Assembly: GCF_964188315.1 (NCBI RefSeq)
Contig: NC_135667.1
Location: 57,040,001 to 57,104,000 of the forward strand
Direction: 5' to 3'
Source of the DNA: Podarcis muralis
Taxonomy: Eukaryota
DNA length: 64,000 nt
Shown here: in pieces, positions 1 to 12,390 of the stretch
How the letters are laid out: every line of letters begins with the position of its first letter
Position numbering within the stretch: position 1 is the stretch's first letter
Made by a program: the position numbers and the translations under genes
The notes under the pieces: model-generated
Databases searched by the model: none
What the model was told of the DNA's origin: nothing
What the model saw: only the letters and a program-made list of their open reading frames with translations

Positions 1-126
<126 letters not shown>

Positions 127-348
127 CTAGGCAAGATCAAAGAGAGGAAACTGTAAGAATATTAACCATGGAAATATTTAACAATGCATTTTTTAAAACA
201 TTTAAAAAATAGAAATATGAAAAGCCTGTTCATGCTACAAAGACACCTTTTAACAATTCACACTAGACAATGCAGGAATGTGCAGCTGCCCCACATGGGG
301 ATCAACCCTGCGACCTTGTTGTCACCAGCACCATTTACATCTCCAAAC

Positions 349-466
349 CTTTACATCTCCAAACAAGGCAGGGAAGTCATGGGTGCCAGTCCCCAGAGCA
401 AAATGGTACAGGATGTCATCGCTCATCTTCTCAAGATGTTGATTTGGGACACAAATGGGGGTTTCC
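349..466 (-). CDS. UPP1: Uridine phosphorylase 1, coding exon 2
   Basis: 118-bp exon, phase 2 to 0, acceptor ttttgacag; reads ETPICVPNQHLEKMSDDILYHFALGTGTHDFPALFGDVK. Confidence 0.93.
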
Positions 467-714
467 CTGTCAAAAGAAGGGAGAAACTTAGTATGAATTT
501 ATAGCAGCAGAATGAGCATCTTTAAACAAGGCAACAAGTATAACGTCTGGACAATTAGGATTCTTCTGGCTCACAGCCTTGAAGGTTTAGAATTGTCTCA
601 CATATCGTATTACCAAGAGTGGAGTTGGGCCCACCAAACTCAGCTGTGCCTGCCCAGGGACTCGGTGAAGGAACCAGCCAGATTGGAGAAGGGAAGGAGA
701 TGAGCTGGAGTTGG

Positions 715-849
715 TTCTGTCGCCATCCAGAATAAAGCTGATATGCATTTTTCACCACTGGAGTGATGGCCTTTTTTCTGGCTTGCAGATGTCACTTCCC
801 CGCAAATGTAGCAAAAGTTATCTGCACTATTAACACATTTACGAGGCAT
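715..849 (-). mobile_element. Decayed N-terminus of a Chapaev3-like (CMC/EnSpm) transposase
   Basis: MPRKCVNSADNFCYICGEV, then after a frameshift VVKNAYQLYSG; resembles the Chapaev3-type FCY[IV]CG ... KAYxxYFG N-terminus as I recall it. Confidence 0.55.
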
Positions 850-1027
850 CACTACAGGTGGATTTACACTGCAGGGATCACTTGTGTAGAACTTATGACA
901 CAGGGTAAATGGGAGAGTAGCCCACAAAGTCACACAAATGACTTGCTCACCAGTTGATACTTTGCTTTATACTAATGATTGCTTAGTTATTTATTTACCA
1001 CTATTGTTATTATAGTGGTAAATATAC

Positions 1028-1138
1028 GCGGGTGGTGCTGTGGGTTAAAGCCTCAGCGCCTAGGACTTGCCGATCGAAAGGTCGACCTTTCGATCGGCAA
1101 GTCCTAGGCGCTGAGGTTTTACCCACAGCGCCACCCGC
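1028..1138. repeat. Loop-less inverted repeat made of two Sauria SINE 5' heads
   Basis: Arms of 56 and 55 bp centred on gtc|gac, with 2 mismatches and 1 indel between arms. Confidence 0.9.
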
Positions 1139-1139
1139 C

Positions 1140-1278
1140 ACCCACCCTGTGAGGTAGGTTTGGCTAAAAGATGGTGACTGACTCCAAGGTCACCGAGGGA
1201 GCTTCATGGCTGACTAGGGATTCAAACCCAGCTTTCTCAGGTCCTAGTCCAACACTCTAACCATTACGCCACACTGCA
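1140..1278 (-). mobile_element. tRNA-headed squamate SINE fragment
   Basis: Reverse complement begins cagtgtggcgtaatggttagagtgttggactaggacc (tRNA-like head); body similar to 18296-18540. Confidence 0.6.
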
Positions 1279-2224
1279 TTCATAAAGCCACAATGTCATG
1301 ACTCAACTGCACTACTCAGCTGCATGCCATTGGTCCTGGTGTACCTGATGAGCTGGTGCAAGATGGCACCGTATGTCGCAACCAGAAGCTTGAAATGCAG
1401 TGTTACCAAATGAAATTCTGTACTCAGTGTGGCGTGGGTTGCTTATGCATGACCATCTTTGTATCTTCTAAACAGGAACCAATCAACAGATCCCACACAC
1501 ACACACCCCTTGTTTTTGTGTTCAGCATCTCAAAATTAGTAAAGATTGCTTATTTTCCTTTCAGAGGCATCTTGTGTGTTGTGGGGTGGTTTAGTTGGGA
1601 TCTCCTTTCTTGTAGCTACCCTTCAGAATGCAGAGTGATGAGGGAGCAGGATTATACCCGTCACGCCCGCTGACCATGCTCTCTATGCACACACAACGTG
1701 ACGTATGGGAGATCTGTGTGTACATAGTTAATATGCATGTAGGTGCTTTCAGACATTACACAGATTGCACTAAGGTGTAAGGCTAGCAGGCACAATCCCA
1801 CAGCTTCTTCCACATCCATTCAAGCAAAGGCCTGAATACTTTCTAGCCCTCATGTGCAAAATTCCCTATTTCATTGATCTGCTGTTTACAGAATTACATT
1901 TCTATGGGCACAACTGCATGATTGTTATTTAGAAGGCAATCAAGACAAGATTTCTTAAAAACAAAGGTTTTGCAGCAATAAATCATGTTCTTAAAGGTTA
2001 CTTGAAAGTCAAGTAAGCGTAAGTATAAGAACAAGCAGAGCAATTGAAGAAAGGGCACAATGGCAAGCAGATGTCCCTCTCCCACACCCTGCCTTATCCA
2101 CCCCCACTTCTGTGATAGCAATACAATGGAAGTTTGAAAGTAATGTCCCCCTACTCCCCCCTCCCACAATTTGTGAGGCAATTTATACCTAAACCTATTA
2201 AATAGCACTTGATTGACTTCTTAC

Positions 2225-2271
2225 GTGGAAGATGTGTTCACGGTCTTCTCCACAGCATCCCCAGAAGCCAT
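2225..2271 (-). CDS. UPP1: Uridine phosphorylase 1, first coding exon (exon starts at 2287 with 5' UTR)
   Basis: ATG at 2271, MASGDAVEKTVNTSS, donor AC|GTAAGA in phase 2 fits the next exon; in-frame TGA upstream of the ATG. Confidence 0.8.
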
Positions 2272-2429
2272 GATATTCAGTCAGACTCTGAGGAAGGAAA
2301 TTTAAGAAATGGGACATGTACATCACATGGTCAGCACTTGTATACGGAACAAGATAGTTTGCCAGCTACAGAAATAGATTATTATTATTACTGGTTACTA
2401 TCAGTATTATGATTGCTCTCATTATTTTA

Positions 2430-3010
2430 CTTTCTTACCCATCCTTCACTGTAATGTCCCAGGGCAAGTTACAATTTAAAATGCAGTTTAAAAACTTACA
2501 ATTAAAAATGCAACTACAACAAATCAGATGGGGCCTGCAGATATACATCTCAGGTGTCAATGGGTAAGCATATAATGAGGTCGCCAGATGTACCTTTGTA
2601 GGGAGGGAGCTCCACATCTTGGGGGCTGCCACAGAGGAGGCCCTCTCCCAAGCCACCCCACTGAGAGTCTGGAGAGGGCTCCCACTGCTGGTCTTAGCAC
2701 CCAAGAGGTTTGTAGTAGGGAAGGAAGAGGTCTTTTGGATATTTTGGGGCTGCGCGGTTTAGGGCTTTAAACACTAATCTGAGCACCTTGAATTGGGCTT
2801 TGAAACAAAATAGCAGCCAAAACAGGACTTTTCTGCCTGGAAGCCCAGCCCGTAATCTGGCTGCTGCATTTTGGAGCAATGGAAGTTTCCGAATTGTCTC
2901 CAATGGGAGTTGCTCCAAGTCAGGCAAGGATTTGGGATTGCCCGCATGAAAGGTGTCCGCTTCTCTTCCTCTCCTTTTCCTTTCCTGCTCCAGTCCGTGA
3001 GAAGCCTTTT
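2430..3010 (-). mobile_element. L2-type LINE 3' fragment
   Basis: Decayed ORF2 C-terminus LLQNAAARL ... KAQFKVLRLVFKALN. Confidence 0.75.
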
Positions 3011-3169
3011 TTAATAGAGGTGCTTTGAGCAACAGTAGCTCTGTCCACAAGTTATTTTAATTAAAATACAGTGAGCATGCTTTTTCAGCAACCATCCGTG
3101 GGGCTGCATCTTTTCCCTATGGGCTGCTGAAAGCAAAGTGGAATTAGAGGAGTGGAGCAATAGCCGCAT

Positions 3170-4060
3170 CCAGCAAAACACCCGGTCAGCCGGGTTCCCA
3201 TGATGCAACATGTGCTTTTCTATTGTATTTCCTCCTTTATTGAAGGGGCGGAGTGGAGTTGAGCTGCGGCAAAGCGCAGGCTGCCGGGCGGGGGGCTTTG
3301 TGCCGATCCCATAGCGAAACAAGAAGACCCTCGAAGCCCCTGCCCGAGCGAGGCGCGCCAAACTCCGCCCGAGCCGGGGAAGGAACACGGCCAGGGTTGG
3401 GCGGCAGGTGCGCCCGGCGCTGACGAGCCCTCGGGCCGCCGCCGCGGGACCCGCTCCGCCGCCTCGCCGCCCGGGACCCGCCGGCAAGGAAGCGCCTCCT
3501 CGCCCTTCTTCGCCCGGGCGGCGGCGCCCCAAAGCGCGCTCTCGCCTTCGTCGCCTCCCCCCCCCCCCGAGGCCTCTGGCCGGGAAAGGAGACCCCGCGA
3601 GGCGCCTACCTGAGGAGGAGCGAGGCCAGCAGCCCCTTCCTTCCTTCCTTCCTTCCTTCCTTCCTTCCTGGCGGCGTCCGCCTCGCAGAGACACTTGGCA
3701 GGAGCGCTTCCCCGGCCGGCGAGGTCCCTGCGGGGGGGGGCGGGGGGGGCACCGATCCCAGGCTGAGCTTTCTGAAGAGCGCGAGGAAGTTCTCTCGGGA
3801 AGCCCGAGGGTCCGCGCTTCCCTATTTAGAGCACTCTGGGAGGGCAGGATCCGGCCTCTCTCGGAGACCTGCTGCTCTAACCTTGCTCTCAAGGCGAGCA
3901 GAAATATCTCCTTGTTCAGGGCGTGGACTTTCCTGAAGTTTACTTCAGAATCCAGCTGGTAGTTTGACACAATATGCCGGAAGCACCGAAGGACGCAACG
4001 GGGGAAACTCTGAAATAACATCACGCAAAGTGACGCCAGAGATCACCGCCGCAATTCCTT
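3170..4060 (-). promoter_or_regulatory. CpG island; probable UPP1 promoter and non-coding exon 1 (donor after 3610)
   Basis: Very GC- and CpG-rich, with minus-strand donor CAG|GTAGGC at 3610/3609, 1.3 kb upstream of the UPP1 ATG exon. Confidence 0.75.
3637..3668. repeat. (TTCC)8 microsatellite
   Basis: Read directly. Confidence 0.95.
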
Positions 4061-4410
4061 TCACTAGCAAACATCCTCTAAAGAAACAAAAATTTCATCA
4101 GCAGAAAAAACCATTACTACCAGCTGTGATCACAAATATTAAGTAACGACCTAGAGATTAGGCAAAATGTAAGATGATCAGGGGAATAAACTTCACAGAC
4201 AATTGTGAAACTACATTCCTATAATTTACTTGTGAAAAGGCTAGCTGGATTATTCTGGGCAGACAATGTCCCGCCCCAGCATAAGTGGCTGAACATTTTC
4301 CAGTTCCGTGGCAAGCAGTTAGAAACATAGCAGACATTCAGATGCCCCCCATGCACTGAAAGAACACATGGGGGGGGGGGGGTCAGACCTGGGTCAGCCA
4401 GTGTACCCAG

Positions 4411-4437
4411 CACACACACACACACACACACACACAC
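4411..4437. repeat. (CA)n microsatellite
   Basis: Read directly. Confidence 0.95.
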
Positions 4438-5989
4438 GCCTTGCTGGAAAGGGTCGAGTGTCCTTATCGCCTTGCGGAGGTCACCTCTCCTCACATCACA
4501 TTCATCAGTGTAATTGTGCGAAAGGCCCTTTCCCTCGAAGCACAACCACCTCGTCCCCTGGCAGGGAAATGAAGGCCGAGCAGGAATGCAAGACACTTCT
4601 ACAGGCTGCCTCTGAGTGAGCGTCCAAAAAGAGGCAATCAGATTTTAATTTAGATAGAGGCTGGCATTACCAGCTTAAAACAGGGAGATCAGGTTTCTTC
4701 CCCCGCCCCCCCCCCCGCCGTGTTTCAGTTTGAGCTTGACCTTTTTCACGTTTCCACGCTGTCTGCCCACACCTGTGGGTGGGGAGGAAGTGGGGATCGT
4801 GTCTTAACCTGATGTGAATTGACTGACTGGTTTCCCTGCCCCAAACTCATCCCAAACTCCGTACGGCTGTCATCTTCCTTCCAAGTAAATGTGAATGCAT
4901 AAGATCACAGCCCATGGTGCAGAAGTAAGTTTCAATGAGTTCAACAGGCTTTCTTCTCAAGTAATGGAGGTAAGCAATCCTATTCCCATTTATCTGGGGG
5001 AAAGTCCAACTGAATTTAATAGGCTTTGTGTTTGAGTAGGACATGGTTAGGATCACACTGAAAAACTCACTGTTGCATATGCTGCAAAGCAGTCCTAGAA
5101 TGCTCTTGAACTGGGATGTCTGTTTTTAATGGGAAAGCATTTTACAGAGGGGCACAGAGACACATTGACTCCCTCCCTTTGTGGGTGCAAGCAAGTATCT
5201 TGGATTGTCTTTTTACTGGGAGAGCTGTGTAGAGACAGAAACATCATCATTATTACCATCTCTCTCCCCCCCCCACCCCAATTTTGCCATGCGGGGGACA
5301 TGAAAGACCACCCACCTGCAGGAAATCTGGGCTTCAACTGCCAGTTGAATATAGCTAGTTCTCAAATCAGACTGAAGCTGGTTTAGGATAAAGCATTGTT
5401 TGAACATCTGCAAACAGGTACCTGCTCAGCCAGCTCCTCTGACTATATTTTTTAACGGATGCTGCAGAGGTCCTAACATTTGTTTGCTGTTTGCTGCTGC
5501 CCCCATCACCTGCCACTCTCCATGTGGCCCGGAGGCGGAGTCCCAGCTGTGTCAAGACTAGCTTTGCTTCTTCAGTCTTTGCATGTCTGGTGAGCAGATA
5601 CTATAAATACATTTTCTTATCTTAGAAATGTTCATATGCTAGTGGCTGATACACCATCCTGCAGCACAACTCAGTTCTTAAGTGGCAAGCTATGTAAAAA
5701 TGGTCCTGGAGATGAAGGTTTTGGAGAAAGGAACAAGTGCCTCCAGTTTAATATTTCATTATAAATTTTAAATTAAAATGTATAATCAGCTATGATGCAT
5801 AGCCATCGTATGATAAAGCAATAGCAACAAACCAGTTCCTAAGTAAGAATAACTTATTGAGTTATTCCATGTTTCATTCCATTTTCCATTTCAATCGTGG
5901 GATTAGTCCAGTTTTGACCTCGAAACTGCCTTGGCTGCTTCATATAATGACTTTTGTCAGGAGTGTGTCACTCAGTGGCTTCCAGTATC

Positions 5990-6640
5990 CTCCTATTGTA
6001 GCTGCCTGAACTGGGGGTGGATGGCAACACACTGTGGTAGTTCCAATCCTACTTGGAAGGTCATTTTCAGAGGCTGATGCTCTGAAAGTGCTTTTCAGCC
6101 CCATAGAGCCTTCAGTGTGGGGTTCTGCAGTGTTCAATTTTATCCCCCATGATGTTCAATATCTACATGAAACCACTGAATGGGGGCCAACCAGAGATTT
6201 GAAGCATGCTGCCAGCAATCATCTGGTAACACACAACTCTACTCTTCTTTTACGCCTGCAGGTGCAGCAGTGGATATTCTGGACCAATGCCTTGCCTTAG
6301 TAATGAATCACATGAGAGCCAATAAACTGAAGCCTGGTCCAAACAAGATTGTGAGTGGGCGGCTCCCTAAACCTGCTGAGTGGGATGAGCCCTGCTCTGA
6401 ATGGGGTTACACTCCCTCTGAAGGAGCAGGTGCAGAGCTTGGGGGTACTCCCAGGTCCATTGCTGCAATTTGGGCCTCAAGTGGCCTCAGTAGTACAGTG
6501 CACCTTCCATCAGCTGCTGCTGGCAGCTCTGCTTCACCCTTCTCTGGACAGGGACAGCCTAACATCTGCTAGCTGTGCTTTAGTAACCTCCAGGCTAATT
6601 ATTGCAATGCATTATACATAGGGCTGCCTCTGAAGATAAA
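5990..6640 (+). mobile_element. L2-type LINE reverse transcriptase relic
   Basis: Frameshifted TQLYSSF ... AVDILDQCL ... MRANKLK ... LPLKEQVQSLGV ... CALVTSRL. Confidence 0.8.
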
Positions 6641-7074
6641 GAACAGTGGTGGACTTGGGTACTATGGCACCCTGTGCGAGGCCAAAAGCTGGTGCCCCTG
6701 CCCAGCCTTCCCAAAGGCAGGTAAGGAAGCACCTGGCTTTGGGAAGGAGGTACTGAAAAGGTGAGTAAGGGAGCACCTGGCTGGGAAAGTGCTAGCGGCC
6801 TGAGGGCTCATGCCTCCTTCCCAAATCCCAGTGCCTCGCTTACCTGGCTTTGAGATGGTGCCCCCCTCGGCTCAGCGCCCAGTGCATGCGCACTCACACT
6901 CCTAAATCTGACCCTGTTAAGAGACTAAAGCTTGTGCAGAATTTGACAGCCAGGTTGCTGGCCATTGCAAAATGGTCTGGACATATAAAACCAGTGGTGT
7001 CACTCACTACTGCACCAGCTATTAGAGAAACATCAAATTTTAGAACTGGAAGAGAACGTGAGTCATCAAATTGC

Positions 7075-7470
7075 AACTGAAGCATCCGCAAAAGATGACA
7101 GCCCAACCTCTGCATAAAAACCTCCAATGAAGGAGAGTCCACAGTCTTCTGAGGGTGTCTGCTTCATTGTTAAACAGTTATTCCCATCAGAAAGTTCTTT
7201 CCGATGTTTAGTCAGAATCTTTTCTTGTAACCCGAATCCATTGGGTTGGGTCCTACTCTCCAGAGCAACATAAAAAATGCTTGCTCCATCTTCCATGGGG
7301 CAACTTTTTGGATGTTTAAAGATGGCTACCATATCTCCTCTCTTCTCTAGGCTCAACCTGCCCAACTCCTCAACTGTTCCTCATAGGGCTTGGTTTCCAG
7401 ACTCCTGGTTGGCTCCTCTGCACACATTCTAGCTTAAATTGTGGCTCCCAGAACTGGACACAGGACTCAA
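7075..7470 (-). mobile_element. Old CR1 LINE 3' fragment
   Basis: LGRLSLEKR..GDMVAIFK ... SPSLEVFMQRL on the minus strand. Confidence 0.8.
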
Positions 7471-8699
7471 GTGCTCCAGAAGCTATGTGATATTCTCATT
7501 TGATATGCTCCTTGTTTTAGGTGAAATGTAACTTTTGAGTAGATTTTGTATCATAATTTTGTCCTTTGCTGTTGTAACATAAATTGTCTTGGCTAATGTG
7601 CCTAGTCGATAAAAAAACCACTTTAATGTTTTAAGAAATAGTTAAAAGGCAATTGTTATCACTCTCTTATGATGTTTATTCAAACAGAATTCCAAGTATA
7701 TATGCAAGTTTATATGATGTGAGGTATACATCAGAACAATATGAGAATGGTGTTAAAAACGATCATTTCAATCCAACCTCCTGAATAATAACCTCAATGC
7801 CAATATACATACAAGTTCAAAATATATAAAACATCACAACAATCTGGCTTTCTACTTACCCCATTCAACACTTGGAAGCAGAAAAATAAAGACTCAGCTT
7901 TGCAAAGTTTATGTTGCTCAAACTGGTCTCAAGGGTTTTGTTCCACTAGAGACTCTCTACAGTAGTGCAACCCCATAGCAAAGCATCCATTAACCAGGAC
8001 TGCAGGGATGCTACTGTTCACCAACTCTCAAGCAGCCCACGTAGCTTTAGAACATGAGGTTACAAGGCAAACCTTGGCAGAAGTGGGTGAAAAGTAGAAG
8101 CAGAAAGCAGGTTCAGGTACAGGCGGAGGCATTAACAGCAGAAGCAAGCATCCAGGCTTTAAAAGCTTACGGGGGTAGATTATTGGACCAAACTCACGTC
8201 AGCTGCAAACTTACTGAAACAAACAGGAAAACCAACAGGAATGAATGTGGTCCACTGTTTAAATATCCTGGTTAAAAAGACACATAATCTAACACATCAA
8301 CATATAATTATTGAAGCCTGCTTCCTAAGCTCTATTATAGTCTTCTGCACTCAGTGCTGTTTTGAAATAGTGAGAATTTTGACAATTCTATGAAGTATCT
8401 GCTTTTACTCATTGTCTGTTTGTGTTGATTCTGGCTGGGATGTCTCTGAATCTGAAAAACAAGAGGTGACAGAAAAATGAGCATTTTTTCTCACTCAAAG
8501 ACATTAAATATCAATTTCTTTCTTGTACAAAAAAGATTCTCTGAGGTCAATGAAGGATGGCCCTGCTTGCGTAATATTGAAATGAACTAACAGCAATGAA
8601 ATTGGGTTGCTCCTTGTACATTTGGACTGCTCTTCCTCTTTCTAATTTCCTTTTCAGTGTGAACAGTGTTGCTTTAATAGTACATTCTAGGGGTCTTAG

Positions 8700-8869
8700 G
8701 AGGAGGGGACGACAGAGGACGAGATGGTGGGACAGTGTTCTCGAAGCCACTAACATGAGTTTGACCAAACTGCAGGAGGCAGTTGAAGACAGGAGTGCCT
8801 GGCGTGCTCTGGTCCAGGGGGTCACGAACAGTCGGACACGACTAAACAACAACAACAACAACAACAACA
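8700..8869 (+). mobile_element. BovB/RTE LINE 3' end, 5'-truncated
   Basis: RRGRQRTRWWDSVLEATNMSLTKLQEAVEDRSAWRALVQGVTNSRTRLN, (AAC)n tail, 11-bp TSD aggggtcttag at 8689-8699 and 8870-8880. Confidence 0.85.
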
Positions 8870-8880
8870 AGGGGTCTTAG

Positions 8881-9250
8881 ATGACCATAAGTCTAAAATG
8901 TGATGCAGCAACAAAAAAAAGCCAATGCTCTTCCAGGCTGCATCAACAGAAGTATAGTGTCCAGATCAAGGGAAGTTAATAGTCCGGCTCTATTTTGCCT
9001 TGGTCAGACCACACCAGGAATATGGTGTCCAGTTCTGGGTGCTACAAGTTAAGAAGGCTATTGACAAGCTGGAAGGTGTGCAGAGGAGGGCAACCAATAT
9101 GATCAAGGGTCTAGAAGCCAAACCTGCTGAAGAATAGTTGAGCAAGTTGGATATGTTTAGCCTGGGAAAGAGGAGACTGAGAGAAGATATGACAGCCAGC
9201 TTCAAATATCTAAATGACTGTCAAATGAAATATGGGATGCTCTTGCATGG
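8881..9250 (+). mobile_element. Old CR1 LINE fragment (host of the BovB insertion)
   Basis: Decayed GVL.DHK ... CDAATKKAN ... [14 protein letters not shown] ... LVRPH.EYGVQFW. Confidence 0.8.
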
Positions 9251-9705
9251 AAACCTGGAAGGCCCTGAGAGCATCCTAGAGCCTGCATGCTGAGGAGGAC
9301 TTGTCTGTTAAGCAATCTGGAGAGTTTAAAAGTAATCTGCTTTGCTTGAGGGGAGGGAGGTAGAAGCATAGAATTGTAGAGTTGGAAGGGACCCCAAGGG
9401 TCACAAAATAACAACATATGATGCCCATCTGACTGGGTTGCCACTCCAACAAAATCTAAAGAACACAATAAAACATCAACCATTAGAAAGGCCTGCTCTG
9501 CACACCAGCTCTGGAAAGTAAGGCTGGTGGGGCAGCCAGCCCATTTTTGCATATATGCACCACCCCAGAACATACCCCCCCTCACAAGATGCAACCATAC
9601 CGTATATTATATTTTTGTATGTTTTTCTTGTTGGTGCTTTTAGTATTAAACCACTTCAAGAGGTTACATAGGAAGCAATTCATAAATGCAACCAAATCAA
9701 TAAAA

Positions 9706-9730
9706 GAAATGAAATGAAATGAAATGAAAT
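9706..9730. repeat. (GAAAT)5 microsatellite
   Basis: Read directly. Confidence 0.9.
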
Positions 9731-11652
9731 GCAAGTGCTGTTGGTTGCAGCTTCAGATACTAGAATTGCATTTCTTCCCCTGAAGGTTCAGGTGTGCACC
9801 TTGGGTGTGTTTCTGGGCTCTCTGCTAACACAGGGAATTAGATGTGGTATCCAGAAGAGCCTTTAACCAGCTTAGGTTGATAAGCTTGTTGTTTCCCTTT
9901 CTGGATAACCTGTTTTAGATGTGGCTACCCAGCTATTTGTGGGGGCCAAGCAATCAGTTATGTGACATCAATATTGTGCCAGCTACAGTGGCTGCCAGTT
10001 TGTTCCCAGTCCAAATCAAAGTGCTGGTGATTGCCAAGGAAGCTCTAAAATAGTGGTGGCAAACCTGCAGCCTGTATCTGAATGTAATAATGCATGATTA
10101 AAAATGCTTTAAAATAGTGCAGAGTTGGCGGGAAAGTCTTTTGGAAGGCAGTATTGAGAAACCAGTGCTCACCACACCAACTTTTGCCCCTGGAAGGATG
10201 ACCATGGGCCAAAGGGTTAACCACCCCTGCTTTAAATGGCATGGGACCAGGTTACCTTAGGGACCACCTGCAGCAATATGGAGACCCTGTTGAGATGCCT
10301 ACAGTAAAATGTATTAGTTTGGGGGTCATAAGAAACAGGGTCTTCTCTGCCCTGGCCCCTTACCTATGGAATTCAATCCTTGGGGAGATGCCCTCCCCAA
10401 TTTCACTTAAACTAGCTTCAAAGTCACATCTGTTTAGAAAGGCATTTGGAGTTTAAATTGGAATGCTAGGTAATTGGGGCTCTTTGAGCAGGGCTTGTTT
10501 TAGTCAGTTTTATGGTTAGATGGAAATAGGGTGCTCTGCTTATTGTTCTATTAACGGTTTTGATGAATTGCATGCGAGGTCTGTTCTAAATGGTAGTACT
10601 GAAGTTCTTTAAAATAACAAAAATACACTTTTTTATATCCTCAGTATTCTATTACATTGATGACTTCCACATTACAACCCCCCCCCCCAAATCTATGGAA
10701 ATACTGTCCTAGAATAGTAAATTCCATGTTTAACCAGCACACATGAACCAATGGAGATGGCGCTGATGTGGGATCCATTAGCCTGCCAAGCACAGGGCAT
10801 CCCATGTGTGCAGGTAGATTAATGAATACCTTTAAACTAAATTCCTAGGCCGGGTGTATGATTCTAGTCATGCCATGTAATGCTGTGCACCTTTACTTGG
10901 AAGAAAACCCTGCTGTCAGTGGATCCTACTTCTAGGTAAGTGTACAGGACTAGAGCGTCACAGTGCAATCCCATGCATGCCTGCTCAGAAATATAAAGAA
11001 ACACTGGCTGAATGGGATTGCAGCACAATTTTTAAAATTATGGGTTTTATGTAATAATTGAGGCATATAACAGAGTTGTTATTCTGACACACAAGAGTTC
11101 ATTGTCCTAATTTGGATTATTGTCCTTTTCTAAAAGTATTCTGCTTTGCTTTAGTATACCTCAGCTGCATGAACAAGTTTAATAAACTTCTTAGAACAAC
11201 TCTCCCCCTGTCTCAGCCATCCTGGCTAATCAGTTTTCTTTCCTTTTCTTACCTTCTCCAACACAGCACATACATGGTCCCTTTAGAAATCACTGTGGAT
11301 ATCTTAACTTTGCTTGATCCATTCTCTAAAGACACTACAACACAAATATAACCTTCCTACCTGTGAGCTTCTGAAATGTGGAATTAAGTTCTAAGAAACA
11401 GTTTGGATGTGATATATTCTATATACATGGAAACACTTGAACTACATATGCCTTCCAACCCTACTATTGTGTATGTGCTTTACATCATGAACTTTAGATT
11501 CTTCTTGAGTTTGCAGCCTTCTGCATAATGGCCTCATCCAGTGAGGCACAAGTGGAAAGTAAGCAAGTGCTGTAGGACTTTAATTTTGTTTCTCCAAACA
11601 GCAGCATCCCACAATGCATTGCAAGCAGCTACTCAGGGGGTTGGACTAGAAT

Positions 11653-11788
11653 CAGGCATGGCCAAACCTGGCCCTCCAGCTGTCTCGGGACTACAATTCC
11701 CATCATCCCTGACCACAGGTCCTGTTAGCTAGGGGTGATGGGAGTTGTAGTCCCAAAACAGCTAGAGGGCCAAGTTTGGTCATGCCTG
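11653..11788. mobile_element. Palindromic hAT-type MITE inside a CR1 3' tail
   Basis: TIR CAGGCATGGCCAAAC / GTTTGGTCATGCCTG; flanks gactagaat and gactagat (8-bp TSD with a 1-bp indel). Confidence 0.75.
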
Positions 11789-12274
11789 GACTAGATGATC
11801 CCCGGGGTCGCTTCCAACTCTACAATTCTATGGTTCTAGTGTTTTTAAAATCAGCCAGTGATGCAGTGCAGAAAAAAATGAAGTAAGCATCACTGCATAT
11901 GCCGATCTCCTTCTCATGATTGGGGACCTTGTGTAGAATGTATCATTGTATTTTATTATGAATTTCCAAAGCAAAACTTTCAACCAATTTAAAATAAATG
12001 CAGTGTTACTGCCCTCTATTTGGATATGCCCGAGAATAAAAATTGAGAAGAAAATATTTTCTTCTAGGTCTACTAATACCCAACTGCAAAGACTTGAGGG
12101 AAGTGAACTTAAGGGAAGTGTGAGGTGTTGAGGAGTGACAGGAGAGGCTGCTGCAGAATTTATGAGAGCGCCCACCCCTGGGACACCGAAGGAGATCTCT
12201 GCCAGCGGATAACAGCGAATGGGTGGGAAATAGAAACAAACCACTGCTCTATACAAAGCAAAAGGGTTTTCCCC

Positions 12275-12300
12275 AATTAATTAATTAATTAATTAATTAA
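12275..12300. repeat. (AATT)n self-complementary microsatellite
   Basis: Read directly. Confidence 0.9.
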
Positions 12301-12390
12301 GCTAGAAGTAAAAATTCATATTAAAAACATTTGTAATAAGCTTTACGTTTAAAAAGGTTACTTTCCTTCACTGTTAAATTCTACTGACAA

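Noticed and set aside
3011-4024. 337-aa (-) and 184-aa (+) ORFs
   Set aside because: They lie in a CpG island where stops are scarce, the products are low-complexity R/G/P, and they cross a splice donor and a TTCC repeat.
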